A stretch of DNA of 63,972 nt, filler included. It is 5 parts of 5 records of this genome, joined end to end, with 100 filler letters (N's around TTAATTAATTAA, not from the genome) between each part and the next. Parts side by side here need not be neighbours in the genome. Positions count along the whole stretch, not along the records: positions 32,472 to 49,534 come from SRR31147125_2713; positions 49,635 to 56,733 come from SRR31147125_2726; 3 more parts are not named here. One strand, given 5' to 3'. The notes under the pieces are model-generated. The model made no database searches, was not told the origin of the DNA, and worked only from the letters and a program-made list of their open reading frames with translations. Every line of letters starts with the position of its first letter. The first letter of the stretch is position 1. This document shows, in pieces, positions 43,857 through 55,138 of the stretch. The translations under genes were made by a program, and so were the position numbers.

Positions 43857-45223
43857 CCAGACTTTTAAAAAACAGTAACACTCGAGTTGTCGTATTAGGG
43901 ATGGGCTTAAGCGGGATGAGTGTAGCCACATTATTGAAACGACAGAACTATGATGTGTTTGTTTCTGATGTCAAAAAAAAGCACCTGTTAGAGGATGCCA
44001 TTACGAAACTCGAACGTCATCATATTGACTACGAAACAGGAGGCCATACATTAGAGAAAATATCCCGGGCCGATTTTATTGTTATCAGTCCAGGTGTGCC
44101 TCCTGAAAACGAGGCTGTGAAATTTGCCACGAAAAAGGAGATCCCGATTTATAGTGAAATTGAGGTCGCTTCCTGGTTCTGTAAGGCAAAAATGATAGGT
44201 ATAACAGGATCTAATGGTAAAACGACTACCACATCTTTAACCGGGAATCTTGTCAAGACTCAATTTACCACTACTTTTGTGGGAGGGAATATTGGTGTGC
44301 CTTTTTCAGATGTAGCCGACCAGTTAAAAGAAGATGATTTTACCGTATTGGAATTGTCCAGTTTTCAGCTGGAAAGAATACATTCTTTTCGGCCACATAT
44401 TGCGGTTTTGTTGAACTTTTCACCGGATCATTTAGATCACCATAAAAACTATCAGGCTTATAAGAATGCCAAACTGAGAATTTGTGAAAACCAGGATTCT
44501 GATGATATTTTAATTTACAATGCCGATGATGAGGATATCGTGAATTCCCTGAACAATGTTAGTGCCCGTAGAGTGGCGTATAGTATGGATGCCAGCAAGA
44601 ATACAACCTTGTTTGTAAAATCCGATCATATATATTATCGCACAGAAAAAGATGTCACTGAAATAATACCTGTAGCGGATTTAAAAATAAGAGGTGATCA
44701 TAACTATCAAAATGCGTCTGCGGCAGCGGCTGTTGCGATCTGTGCGGAAATTCCGCTTGACCTGATAAGAACAACTTTATCTCAATTTTATCCTCTCGAA
44801 CATCGACTGGAATTTGTAGGAAAATATAATGGAATTGAATTTTATAATGATTCAAAAGCAACAAATACAGACGCGGTACAAAAAGCATTGATGAGTTTTG
44901 AAAATCCCATTATATTACTTGTTGGCGGACATTTGAAGGAATCTGATTTGTCAATCCTTGTTGATTTAGTGGAGAAAAAAGTCAAACATGTGTGTCTTTT
45001 TGGTGAAAATCGTAAAGAGATATATAAAGGATTAATGCTGGATAGAAAGGGTAATGGCTCATTCTTCAAAGATATGGAATCGGCTTTCCAATTTGCTGTG
45101 AATCTGGCTGATGCTGGTGATGTTGTTCTTTTATCGCCAATGTGTGCTTCGTTTGATCAATATGAAAATTTTAAACAACGAGGAAAGCACTTTAAAAAAT
45201 TAGTAGCGGATTATCACGCATGA
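43853..45223 (+). CDS. murD: UDP-MurNAc-L-Ala:D-Glu ligase
   Basis: SPGV, GSNGKTTT, ELSSFQL, NDSKATN, SPMCASFDQ. Confidence 0.96.
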   Translation: MTRLLKNSNTRVVVLGMGLSGMSVATLLKRQNYDVFVSDVKKKHLLEDAITKLERHHIDYETGGHTLEKISRADFIVISPGVPPENEAVKFATKKEIPIYSEIEVASWFCKAKMIGITGSNGKTTTTSLTGNLVKTQFTTTFVGGNIGVPFSDVADQLKEDDFTVLELSSFQLERIHSFRPHIAVLLNFSPDHLDHHKNYQAYKNAKLRICENQDSDDILIYNADDEDIVNSLNNVSARRVAYSMDASKNTTLFVKSDHIYYRTEKDVTEIIPVADLKIRGDHNYQNASAAAAVAICAEIPLDLIRTTLSQFYPLEHRLEFVGKYNGIEFYNDSKATNTDAVQKALMSFENPIILLVGGHLKESDLSILVDLVEKKVKHVCLFGENRKEIYKGLMLDRKGNGSFFKDMESAFQFAVNLADAGDVVLLSPMCASFDQYENFKQRGKHFKKLVADYHA

Positions 45224-45317
45224 CCACATTATGCGAACCCAATACAAAGGGCTTGAGGTTCTGCAAATTGTCATTGTATTGTACTAAAAGCTGTTTTAAT
45301 TTTATTGTTTATTTAAT

Positions 45318-46549
45318 ATGGAATTTTATAATATGAAAACTCGATCTGGTTCTGAAGAAAAACGTCTTACCATTGTACAAAAATACGGTGGTAGTTCACT
45401 TGCCAATCCTGACTATATTAACCGGGTTGCCCGGAATATCGTTAAGAAAAAGGAAGAAGGTGTCGATCTGGTTGTGGTTGTATCGGCTATGGGCAAAACA
45501 ACGGATGAGTTTATTCGGCTTGCCCATGCGGTAAATCCAAATCCGGATCGTCGGGAATTGGATATGCTGTTGTCAGTTGGGGAGAGAATGTCAATTTCAC
45601 TTGTCGCTTTAGCTATCAATTCAATCGGAAAATACAATGCTATCAGTTTTACGGGTAGCCAAATTGGTATTATCACAGATACCAATCATACACAAGCCAG
45701 GATATTAGAGGTAAAAGGGCATCGATTGCGGGAAGCTTTAAAAGAGGATAAAATTGTTGTTGTTGCCGGCTTTCAGGGTGTATCTGTCAATAAGGAAATT
45801 ACGACTCTTGGCCGGGGGGATCTGATACAACGGCAGTGGCTTTGGCTGCGGCTCTGGATGCGGATTACTGCGAAATCATGTCAGATGTTGATGGTATTTA
45901 TTCTGCAGATCCCAACAAAATATCTACGGCTCAACGTATTGACCGAATACATTATGACCAGGCACTTGAAATGGCTTCTGCCGGTGCAAAGATGCTTCAT
46001 AGTGATTCTGTAGATTTTGCAAAACGTCACAATGTAAAACTGTCCCTTGGATCCTCTTTTACCGGGCATGTTGGGACCATTGTAACAGATGAAGAAATGA
46101 ATTCTGATTGTGTCACCGGAGTTGTTGTTGATCCAAATATTGTGATTTTGCGTTTTTCCACACCGGAAGAAAAAGGGTTATCTTTGCCCCATTCTTTATC
46201 AAAAGCGCAAATCCGAATAAAAATATGGCAATGTGTGCGAGGTTTGGGGATAATAGGTGTTTCACAAAACGATGTCACTTTAGCGCAGAGACATTTAAAA
46301 GAAATTACTGAAAGCCTGGTCATTCAGGAAGAGTGGGCCTTGTTATCCATTATTGGCACAGGTGTGGGATTAGGCAGCCACTCTGCAGAGGAGGTTTTCT
46401 TTGCTTTGCAGCGCCTTAACATTCATTTTGATGTAGTGCTTTCAGGTGAGTTGTACCTTAAGATCCTAGTTCCGGCCGAGATGGCGGATCAGGCTTGTGA
46501 AGAGCTTCATAACGTTTTTATAACGGAACAAGAAAAAAATAGCAATTAA
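45318..46549 (+). CDS. lysC: Aspartate kinase, probable sequencing frameshift at G run ~45814-45819
   Basis: QKYGGSS, VVSAMG, AGFQG, TTLGRG|GSD restored by one extra [12 protein letters not shown] in second ORF. Confidence 0.92.
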
Positions 46550-46615
46550 GGTTTATTTGTGCTAATTTATGCAAATAGATAAAGTTATCACTTTAGGATC
46601 AAACGATATAATATT

Positions 46616-47899
46616 ATGGAAAAATTTGTTATTGATGGTGGTAAACAGCTAAAGGGAAGCGTAAGGGTTTCAGGAAATAAAAATGAAGCATTACCCGCAT
46701 TGGCCGCTTGCCTGATGACAGACAAACCTGTGATTTTAAGGAATGTTCCACGCATTGGTGATGTCGTCTCGATGTTGGAAATTATGAGTGAATTAGGTGC
46801 AGATATTCGGGAAATGTCCAAAAATGACCTGGAAATTTGCTGTGAAAATATAAAACATGCCGAACTGGATTCCCAAAAATGCAAAACTCTCAGGGCTGCT
46901 ATTCTTTTAGCCGGTCCTTTGCTGACGAGATTTGATCGTGTTGTATTACCTCCTCCGGGTGGTGATGTGATCGGGCGAAGAAGATTAGATGCACATTTTA
47001 TGGCCTTTGGAAAGCTGGGAGCGACGGTAACCGGTGATGAGAACAATTATATTTTTGAGAAAAAAGAACTCTATGGCCAGGATATATTTCTTGAGGAACA
47101 ATCTGTCACGGCGACAGAGAACGCGTTAATGGCGGCAGTGTTGGCCCGGGGCCGTACTGTACTTCGAAATGCCGCCTGTGAACCCCATGTTGCCGGATTG
47201 GCAAAAATGCTTGTTTCAATGGGAGCAAAGATCCAGGGAATTGGCACAAATATCCTGCAGATTGAGGGAGTCGAAGAACTATCCGGAACAGATCACACCA
47301 TAGGCGCTGATTTTCTGGAAGTTGGTAGTTATATTGTCATTGCAGCTGTTACGAATTCGGAAATTACCATCGAAAATGTGGATCCGGATGATTTATGCGT
47401 GATGAGGTCAACATTTCATAAATTAGGGATCAGGTTTGATATTCAAAAAGATAAAGTGCTTGTCCCTGCCGGACAAAAATTGGAAATTCAACCTGATTTT
47501 GCCGGCGATGTGCCCAAGATAGATGACGGAACCTGGCCGGCTTTTCCAACGGATTTGATGAGTATTATTATTGTCGCAGCTACCCAGGCTAGCGGGACTG
47601 TATTGATTTTTGAAAAAATGTATGATGGACGTATGTTTTTCGTCGATTATCTTATATCTATGGGAGCACGAATCGTATTGTGTGATCCTCATCGTGCCGT
47701 CGTGGTTGGTCCTTCACAGTTATTCGGATCACAAATGCAAAGCCCGGATATTCGTGCCGGCATGGCTTTAATTATTGCAGCACTTTGTGCCAAAGGTACA
47801 AGTACTATTTATAATATAAAACAAATTGACAGAGGTTATGAAAATTTGGAAGGGAAACTTCAGGGACTGGGTGCTAATATTCAACGGGTTATAGAGTAG
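46616..47899 (+). CDS. murA: UDP-GlcNAc enolpyruvyl transferase (Asp-type active site)
   Basis: GNKN, PGGDVIGRR, SVTATEN, EPHV, FPTD, DIRAG, IDRGYE. Confidence 0.96.
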   Translation: MEKFVIDGGKQLKGSVRVSGNKNEALPALAACLMTDKPVILRNVPRIGDVVSMLEIMSELGADIREMSKNDLEICCENIKHAELDSQKCKTLRAAILLAGPLLTRFDRVVLPPPGGDVIGRRRLDAHFMAFGKLGATVTGDENNYIFEKKELYGQDIFLEEQSVTATENALMAAVLARGRTVLRNAACEPHVAGLAKMLVSMGAKIQGIGTNILQIEGVEELSGTDHTIGADFLEVGSYIVIAAVTNSEITIENVDPDDLCVMRSTFHKLGIRFDIQKDKVLVPAGQKLEIQPDFAGDVPKIDDGTWPAFPTDLMSIIIVAATQASGTVLIFEKMYDGRMFFVDYLISMGARIVLCDPHRAVVVGPSQLFGSQMQSPDIRAGMALIIAALCAKGTSTIYNIKQIDRGYENLEGKLQGLGANIQRVIE

Positions 47900-47904
47900 G
47901 ATAG

Positions 47905-48815
47905 GTGTTACAAGATATGGTTTTTAATTTTCCAAAACACGTTCAGGTTTACGAGAATATTCCTTTAGAGAGATATACAAGCATACGAATTGGTGGAAAA
48001 GCACAATATGTTGCAGAAGTGTATAGTCAGGATGATCTAATCGAAATTTATCAGTTTTGTCGTCAACAACATATTCGGTTCCTGACACTTGGTCATGGTA
48101 CCAATGTATTTTTCTCGCAAAAGGGATTCCCGGGGCTTGTTGCTGTCCTTAAATTCGAAAAAATTGAGAACTGTGGTGATAGCCTTGTGCGAGTTGATGC
48201 TGGGGCGCCTTTGTCCGCTTTGAATCGATATTGTCTGGAAAATTCCTCGCAGGATTTGAATTTTCGTCCGGAATTCCAGGTACCGTTGGCGGGGCCATAT
48301 ATGGCAATGCAGGTGCCTATGGGAAAAACGTGGGACAGCATTTGGAAAGAGCGAAAATAATATTATCGGATGGTTCCATCATACAGGTGACAAGAGAATA
48401 TTTTGAATTTGCCTATAGGTATTCAAGGTTAAAAAGAGATCCCGCTATTATTTTGGAAGCAGAATTTCTGTTCCAACCGGGAAAATATCAGGTCATAAAC
48501 GAAAAAAGAGAAGGTATACTGGAGTTACGGCGTAAAAAATTACCTTCAAAAGATGTACCAACCGCGGGTTCCTATTTTAAAAATATAAAGGATGATTTAG
48601 GAAATCCCATTGCTGCGGCAAAATATTTGGATGCTATTGGTAGTAAAGAAACAAGCGTTGGGGACGCAGGTGTGCACCAGAAGCATGCTAATATTTTTTT
48701 TAACAAGGGACATGCAACGGCAGATCATGTTTTGCAGTTAGAGGATATTTTAAGAGATCGGGTTTTAGATCAATTCGGAATCTGTCTCGAACGGGAGGTT
48801 ATGTATATTGAATAG
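47905..48815 (+). CDS. murB: UDP-N-acetylenolpyruvoylglucosamine reductase, probable sequencing frameshift near 48245
   Basis: IRIGGKA, LGHGTN, GIPGTVGGA.YGNAGAYG, AGSYFKN, KHAN, LEREV. Confidence 0.93.
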
Positions 48816-48870
48816 GGGTATCAACTCTTTTTATCTCAACTAATTATTTCAAAATATTGTTATACAAAAT

Positions 48871-48901
48871 AAAAAAGCCCGGAAAAATTATCCGGGCTTT
48901 T
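48871..48901. terminator. Bidirectional intrinsic terminator
   Basis: AAAAAAGCCCGGA/TCCGGGCTTTT. Confidence 0.85.
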
Positions 48902-48906
48902 GGTTT

Positions 48907-49135
48907 AAATCCAGGTCTCACGAAATGAAAATTCAGAGTTCACCGATGTAGTGCCAAGTAGTCTGCTCATGATGTAGGTTCAAAGATGTCAAAGCATTGG
49001 TGAACTCTGATAAATCGGTAATCCATTTTACCAATTTTAATGCCAATGCTATGTGTGCTATTCTCAAGATCCCGGGACAATACCCGGGAAGATGCCTGAC
49101 CTAAGATGCTTTACAATCTCGTGTGTTTTGGATTT
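48907..49135. other. Nested inverted-repeat element (candidate ncRNA or MITE)
   Basis: Imperfect terminal arms, internal 16-bp stem 48933-48948/48995-49010, CCCGGG hairpin 49071-49088. Confidence 0.45.
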
Positions 49136-49534
49136 ATATGATAAGAATCAGCTCTCTCATCCAATTTCACTTATACCCTATACAACAATTGTGCCTTTTA
49201 TTTAAATACAGGGGCACATTATCGTTGAACAGGATTCCATTTTGATAATCACGAAAAATAAAAGAAAAGGCCCTGATTTTGACGTTGTAAATGGATAAAA
49301 AACAAAAGAAATGAATGCCTGCAAGCTTGAGGAAAATGATTTTAATGATAATTATCAGTATGTAAAATAGTTGAAAAAAAAATAATAAAAATTAAAGCTG
49401 ATTGGAGAAAATGTAAAAGTTTTGATATAATTGCATGACACTCGTCAATATTTGGTGTCATAATAATGATTATGTACAAATATAGTGCTCTGATCACCAG
49501 ATTTTATTTTAGACATGTAATTAACACATGTCCA

Positions 49535-49634
49535 NNNNNNNNNNNNNNNNNNNNNNNNNNNNNNNNNNNNNNNNNNNNTTAATTAATTAANNNNNNNNNN
49601 NNNNNNNNNNNNNNNNNNNNNNNNNNNNNNNNNN
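49535..49634. other. Artificial contig spacer
   Basis: N run with TTAATTAATTAA. Confidence 0.99.
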
Positions 49635-49635
49635 A

Positions 49636-50276
49636 AAGGGAGGAGAAGGTATATTGCTACCTTTTGGTGTTGATACTACCCTGTTCAAACCTCACCCTTC
49701 AGACTCCAAATATGAATGTGATGTTGCCTATATTGGTAATGATATAAAAGGAATTGAGCGCACCCAAAGATATCTTTTACCTGCACTCAAGTACAATTTC
49801 AATCTATATGGAAATTGGCAAAAATCAATCCTTTTAAAAGGTATTTATTTAAAGGATACTCAAATCTAGTTAACGATATCAAAGCATACATCATTTACAG
49901 AAAACGATTTTCCCAAATAAGCAAGGGCAAAATCCCTCAAGAAATGGTACCTGTTCTTTACTCCAATGCAAAAATAAACCTAAATTGCACCCACCAGGAT
50001 TCTGTTGATGGAGATGTCATTACGCTTCGATCTCTCGAAATTTTGGCATGCAAAGGATTCCTTATCTCAGATCGAGTGCCGATTGCAGAAAAGTTACTAT
50101 CCGATTGCATTGTTTTTACTCAAGGAGGAAACCTGCTTCAGGAGCAGATAGATTATTATTTGGAGAATCCTCAAGAGAGACTTTTATATGCAGAGGCAGG
50201 CTATGAGTATGTACATTCAAAAGCCTCCATCAAATCAAGAATGAATGAATTAATAGACTATCTAACTTCACTTTAG
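49636..50276 (+). CDS. CgeB-like glycosyltransferase, 5'-truncated, probable frameshift ~49820-49824
   Basis: LPFGVD, DVAYIGN, YSNAKINLN, RSLEILACKGFLISD. Confidence 0.8.
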
Positions 50277-50295
50277 ACGCAATAACACTCTGATA

Positions 50296-51651
50296 ATGAA
50301 AGTCATTTTCGCAAACCCACCCGTATTTCGTTATAAAAACAGATCACCACGGGGTGACAAACGAGTAAAAGTCGATTTAGCACTGAAAAAAATTATTCCA
50401 AGTGTCTATTTTTCTAAGCTATTAGCTTCAACAGGGATATGGAAAGGCTTTAGATATGGTGTTAGAGCTGGATCTCGTTGGCCATGGTCAATGAGCAGCC
50501 CCCATGGAGGACCACCTTTTCCCTTCATGATGGGATACTCAGCAGCTTTGCTTCATAAAAATGGATATGATATTGACATAGTAGATGCAGTAGTTCTGAA
50601 TATCTTTTCTTATACATTTTTCCTAAATATAGTTAGACATAAAAATCCAGATTTGGTAGTTCTTGAATGTTCAACACCAACGATCGATATAGATCTTTGG
50701 ATGGCTGAAGAGATCGCTTCTTTCTCCGAAGTAGCACTCGCCGGACCTCATCTCTTCAGCAAGTTAGACGATGTCAGAGCTACCACACCCTTTGTAAAAT
50801 TTTATCTACCTGGTGAATATATTTGTTCATCATTGGCGATGGTTGCCTCAGGTGTAGCAGGAGTTTATCAATCCAATATTGTAGAAGATCTCGATTCAAT
50901 CCCAAACCCGTATCGGTCTTTTGAGGGTGGAGCTAATTATTTCGATCCCACGATGCCCACAAAAAAACCCCAACTTCAAATTTATGGTTCAAAAGGTTGT
51001 CCTTTTAGATGTACCTTCTGTCTTTGGCCGCAGACAATGTACCAAGGAAGGGTTGCCCTTCGCCAGAGCGAATCTATTGCTATAGAGATTCGCGAAGCCG
51101 TGGCTTTGCATGGATATCAAAGTATCTTCTTTGATGACGACACCTTTAATGTCGGCACTGATCGAGTCTCCAAGATATGCGATGAACTAAAAGAAATCGG
51201 TTTACCATGGACCATGATGGGGCGACTTGATTGTTCCCCTATGTGGCTCTATGAGAAGATGGTTGATTGCGGATGTGTTGGAATGAGATTTGGTGTTGAA
51301 ACTTTCAACTTAGACGTATTGTCAAAAGTTAATAAAGGTATTGAAAGAACAGATTTCAAAAGCACACTAGAGAAAATTTCTAATAATTATCCCAATGTGA
51401 TGATTCATCTCACAATGATGAAAGATTTACCAGGACAATCTGACCAAGATCACGAAATGGACATGAAAATTATACACGATATGGGGTACTCTTTGACATC
51501 TAAACTTCGCAATTTCCAGCTTTCTGTCTGCTCGCCTTTTCCTGGAACTAAGATGTACGATGATTTAAAAAACGATTTTAGTGCTCAGCTTGATGATTTA
51601 TCTTCTTATGATGGTGGTCAATCGCAAACTGTAATGAAAAACATCAAATAA
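50296..51651 (+). CDS. Cobalamin-binding radical SAM enzyme (HpnJ-like)
   Basis: NPP, RAGSRWP, B12-binding region, SKGCPFRCTFC, FFDDDTF, FGVE, PFPGT. Confidence 0.88.
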   Translation: MKVIFANPPVFRYKNRSPRGDKRVKVDLALKKIIPSVYFSKLLASTGIWKGFRYGVRAGSRWPWSMSSPHGGPPFPFMMGYSAALLHKNGYDIDIVDAVVLNIFSYTFFLNIVRHKNPDLVVLECSTPTIDIDLWMAEEIASFSEVALAGPHLFSKLDDVRATTPFVKFYLPGEYICSSLAMVASGVAGVYQSNIVEDLDSIPNPYRSFEGGANYFDPTMPTKKPQLQIYGSKGCPFRCTFCLWPQTMYQGRVALRQSESIAIEIREAVALHGYQSIFFDDDTFNVGTDRVSKICDELKEIGLPWTMMGRLDCSPMWLYEKMVDCGCVGMRFGVETFNLDVLSKVNKGIERTDFKSTLEKISNNYPNVMIHLTMMKDLPGQSDQDHEMDMKIIHDMGYSLTSKLRNFQLSVCSPFPGTKMYDDLKNDFSAQLDDLSSYDGGQSQTVMKNIK

Positions 51652-51663
51652 ATTATAAAGCTT

Positions 51664-52544
51664 ATGAATGATGTGAAGAACATTGCTATTATTGGAGGAG
51701 ATGGTTTTATTGGCGGGCACCTATTTCAGCATTTAAATGGATTGCAAAATTTTGCTGTTTGTAAAACACATTTCCATAGAAAAAGAGCCCATTCTACTTT
51801 TCTTGATGTGACTAACACTAAATTGCTTGAATCATTTTTAGTTAACCACGACAATCATAACATAATACTTTTAAGTGCCCTTAAAGATGTAAAACAATGC
51901 GAGATTGACCCTGACGAGACATTCAAATTAAATACCCAACCAATCAAAGATATCATATCCATTATTCGAGATAATAATCTATACTGTCCATTATTATATT
52001 TTTCATCAGACTATGTCTTTAGGGGTGATAGAGGTAATTATTGTGATCACGATAAGCCCGACCCCACTACTTGTTATGGAAGAACAAAATACTGGGCAGA
52101 AGAAGCTTTGCAAGCATCGGACATCGATTATAAAATCCTTCGCCCGTCTGCGGTGATGGGACGAGGCGGAGTTTTTTTGAGTGGTTACTAAATTCTTTGA
52201 GGACAACAGATGAAATTAAAATGTTCTCAAATGTTTATTTTTCTCCTACCCCAATCAATTTGTTGAGCATATTCATTGAAAATATTATTTATGATTACGA
52301 TATAATTAGTGACAAAATTATTCATCTAGTTGGGGCAAAAAGAATGAGCCGATTTGATTTCGGCCTCTTCTTAAATTCATTATACAATCAGAGAGCTAGA
52401 ATATATCCAGAATTATTTGAACCTAATCAGGGCTACTTTCAGAATGATCTTTCACTTATTCCATCAAATATTTTAAGAAAATATTCAAAACATTCTTACG
52501 AAGAATACTTTAAGGATATTTACGATGCTAATACAAATTATTAA
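51664..52544 (+). CDS. RmlD-like NDP-keto-sugar reductase, probable frameshift at T run ~52172-52178
   Basis: GGDGFIG, SSDYVF, YGRTK; continues with FSPTP in second ORF. Confidence 0.85.
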
Positions 52545-52896
52545 GCCATACTTTTCTCATAAAGATGATCGAGGAAACATTACTGGCCTGATCAATCAGG
52601 GACGATGGGAAGAGGCCAATTTAATCAAATCTGAAGCTGGCTCAGTTCGTGGAAATCATTTTCACGAAGATACCGATGAGGTTTTTATAGTTCTTGAGGG
52701 GAAAATAGATGTCACAGTTTATCATTCTAGCAACCCATCAGACATCGAGACATATAAATTCTTCGAAGGCGACATTTTTTGGGTCCCGAAAAATATTGTG
52801 CATACCTTTATCATAGTTGAAAGTGCAAAGTGGATTAATCTTCTCTCAAAGAAAATGGATAGTAATTCTCAAGATATTAAATATCATACTAGATGA
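52525..52896 (+). CDS. Cupin, NDP-sugar isomerase/epimerase-like (FdtA/RmlC-type)
   Basis: DDRG, VRGNHFH..TDEVF, PKNIVH. Confidence 0.75.
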   Translation: MLIQIIKPYFSHKDDRGNITGLINQGRWEEANLIKSEAGSVRGNHFHEDTDEVFIVLEGKIDVTVYHSSNPSDIETYKFFEGDIFWVPKNIVHTFIIVESAKWINLLSKKMDSNSQDIKYHTR

Positions 52897-52999
52897 ATTT
52901 TCTATCGATGCTATCATTACCAAACTATTTCAGTATCCACTACCATTCTCTAAATATTTCAAAATGACATTATATATTTTTAAATACTTAAACTAACCT

Positions 53000-53989
53000 G
53001 TGGGCTCACTAACTAAGGAAAATGATTTAAATTATAAGGATTGCAGTCTTTTTAATACTCCAATCCTATTTCTCATTTTCAATCGTCCCGATAGCGTCCA
53101 ACGTGTGTTTGAAACAATTCGCGCAGCGCGACCATCACGGTTATATATCGCCGCAGACGGGCCTCGAGATGATAGTGATGATGATCCGCAGAAAATTAAG
53201 GATGCTAGATTTATAGCAACACAAGTAGTTTGGCCCTGCGAAGTCAAAACTCTTTTCCGTGATAGAAACTTGGGGTGTAAAGAAGCTGTAAGCAGTGCAA
53301 TCACATGGTTTTTCGAGCATGAGGAACAGGGAATCATTCTCGAAGATGACTGCCTGCCGCACCCCGATTTTTTCTCGTTCTGTGAATCATTGCTTGAATA
53401 TTACCAAGAAAACGAGCGGGTAATGGTCATTACGGGAAACAATTTTCAGAATGGGAGACGGCATGGAGACGCCTCCTACTACTTCTCCAAATACAACCAT
53501 TGCTGGGGTTGGGCGACCTGGCGTAGAGCCTGGAAATACTATGAAGGTGATATACCATTCTGGCCATCCTGGAAAACAACAAGAAATTGGCGACAAGTAT
53601 GCCCCAGATTGACGGAGAGAATGTACTGGCAACGCGTTTTGAATTGTGTCTGTAATAACGAAATTGACACATGGGATTATCCCTGGACTGCAAGTGTCTG
53701 GTACAATGGAGGTCTCACCGCTACGCCAAATGTAAACTTGGTAAGTAATATCGGATTTGGTGAAAGTGCTACTCATACCAAGTCGAAATCTGGAACCAAT
53801 GCTTCTCTCCCCTCAATGTCAATCGGCGATTTGAAGCACCCTGAGACTGTTAGCCACAATCTGGACGCTGATCGATATGTATTCGACCACCATTTCGGCG
53901 GAAAGCGAATGCGCTTTCCGCATTTGCTGCTCTATGGTCCAGCAAGAATAGTAATTAAAATCGTGAAATCTGCATTGACTATATTCTAA
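53000..53989 (+). CDS. GT-A glycosyltransferase (HlpA-like)
   Basis: PILFLIFNRP, ADGPR, ILEDDC, WGWATWRRAW, NIGFG. Confidence 0.88.
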   Translation: MGSLTKENDLNYKDCSLFNTPILFLIFNRPDSVQRVFETIRAARPSRLYIAADGPRDDSDDDPQKIKDARFIATQVVWPCEVKTLFRDRNLGCKEAVSSAITWFFEHEEQGIILEDDCLPHPDFFSFCESLLEYYQENERVMVITGNNFQNGRRHGDASYYFSKYNHCWGWATWRRAWKYYEGDIPFWPSWKTTRNWRQVCPRLTERMYWQRVLNCVCNNEIDTWDYPWTASVWYNGGLTATPNVNLVSNIGFGESATHTKSKSGTNASLPSMSIGDLKHPETVSHNLDADRYVFDHHFGGKRMRFPHLLLYGPARIVIKIVKSALTIF

Positions 53990-54209
53990 ATTGGAAAACT
54001 CTTTTATAATATCTGGGGAGTCAAAGTACCCCAAGTCGATATCGACCAAACATTCGAGACTTATTTCTTCTCTCTACCTTAAGTTCCTCCTGACCTAGAA
54101 TGGATATGAAGTGAAATGGATAGAGTTTAGCAATTTCATGGATTGGGCAACAAGAAGGCTATTAAAGATTAGTCAAAAATAATTATCGAGAACATAATAG
54201 CACACTATT

Positions 54210-55138
54210 TTGAACAGCATAATTGACAGAAAAATTGAAGCCCATTTATTGAGAACTCTTCTTTCAGAGAAAATTTCTCAGAAGTGGAAAGAGAAATTAT
54301 CAATTGATGTTGGATTTTCATTTCGCAATTTGGGAAAAATACATCATTGGAAATGCCCTATATCTGGACTTGAATGGTATACTCCCAAGAACGCTGCTGG
54401 TGAGCCTCAACTCTATGAGCAACTAGAAAAAATCGATTGGTACTACATGGCTGATAAATGGGAGTTTACTCAGGCACTCAGGTATCTGAAAAAAGACAGC
54501 AATGTACTCGAAATCGGTTCTGGGTCTGGACACTTTCTTCAAATCGCCCAAAAGTCTGGAATAAAAGCTTCTGGGGTAGAGCTGAACCAAGAAGCTGCTG
54601 ATAAAACGCGTTCATTGGGATTTGACATATACACTAATGACTTAAATCATCTTTCTGAGACCTTATCATTTCAATTCGATGCTATCTGCGCTTTTCAAGT
54701 GCTGGAGCATGTACCTGAACCATTAGAATTCATAACTAATTGTTTAAGATTATTAAAACCAAAAGGCAAGCTAATCCTTTCTGTGCCAGATTCTACTTTC
54801 ATGCGAAAGGTAGACCCAGATAATCTAGAACTTACAGATCAGCCCCCCATCACATGTCCCATTGGAAGAAAGAAGTATTCGAAGCGCTTGAGAATGTTCT
54901 TCCTTTACGGATTTATGCAATTTTGAGGGAGCCATTACAACCTTACCATGTGAGGTGGTATGTTACTGCAAGGGCGCGCAATACATGGAAACACTATCTA
55001 CCGTACGACAAGACCAACCTATATCGCTACCTGTTTAATCATTTCTCAACTTATCCGGCCCAACTGCTAATTAAAATATTTTTATTAAATTCGATTCCAG
55101 GGCACACCTTGTTTACTGTACTAGAGCTTAAAGAATGA
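54210..55138 (+). CDS. Class I SAM methyltransferase, probable frameshift at C run ~54843-54848
   Basis: LEIGSGSG, FQVLEHV, DQPPHH-MSHW restored by one extra C. Confidence 0.85.
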
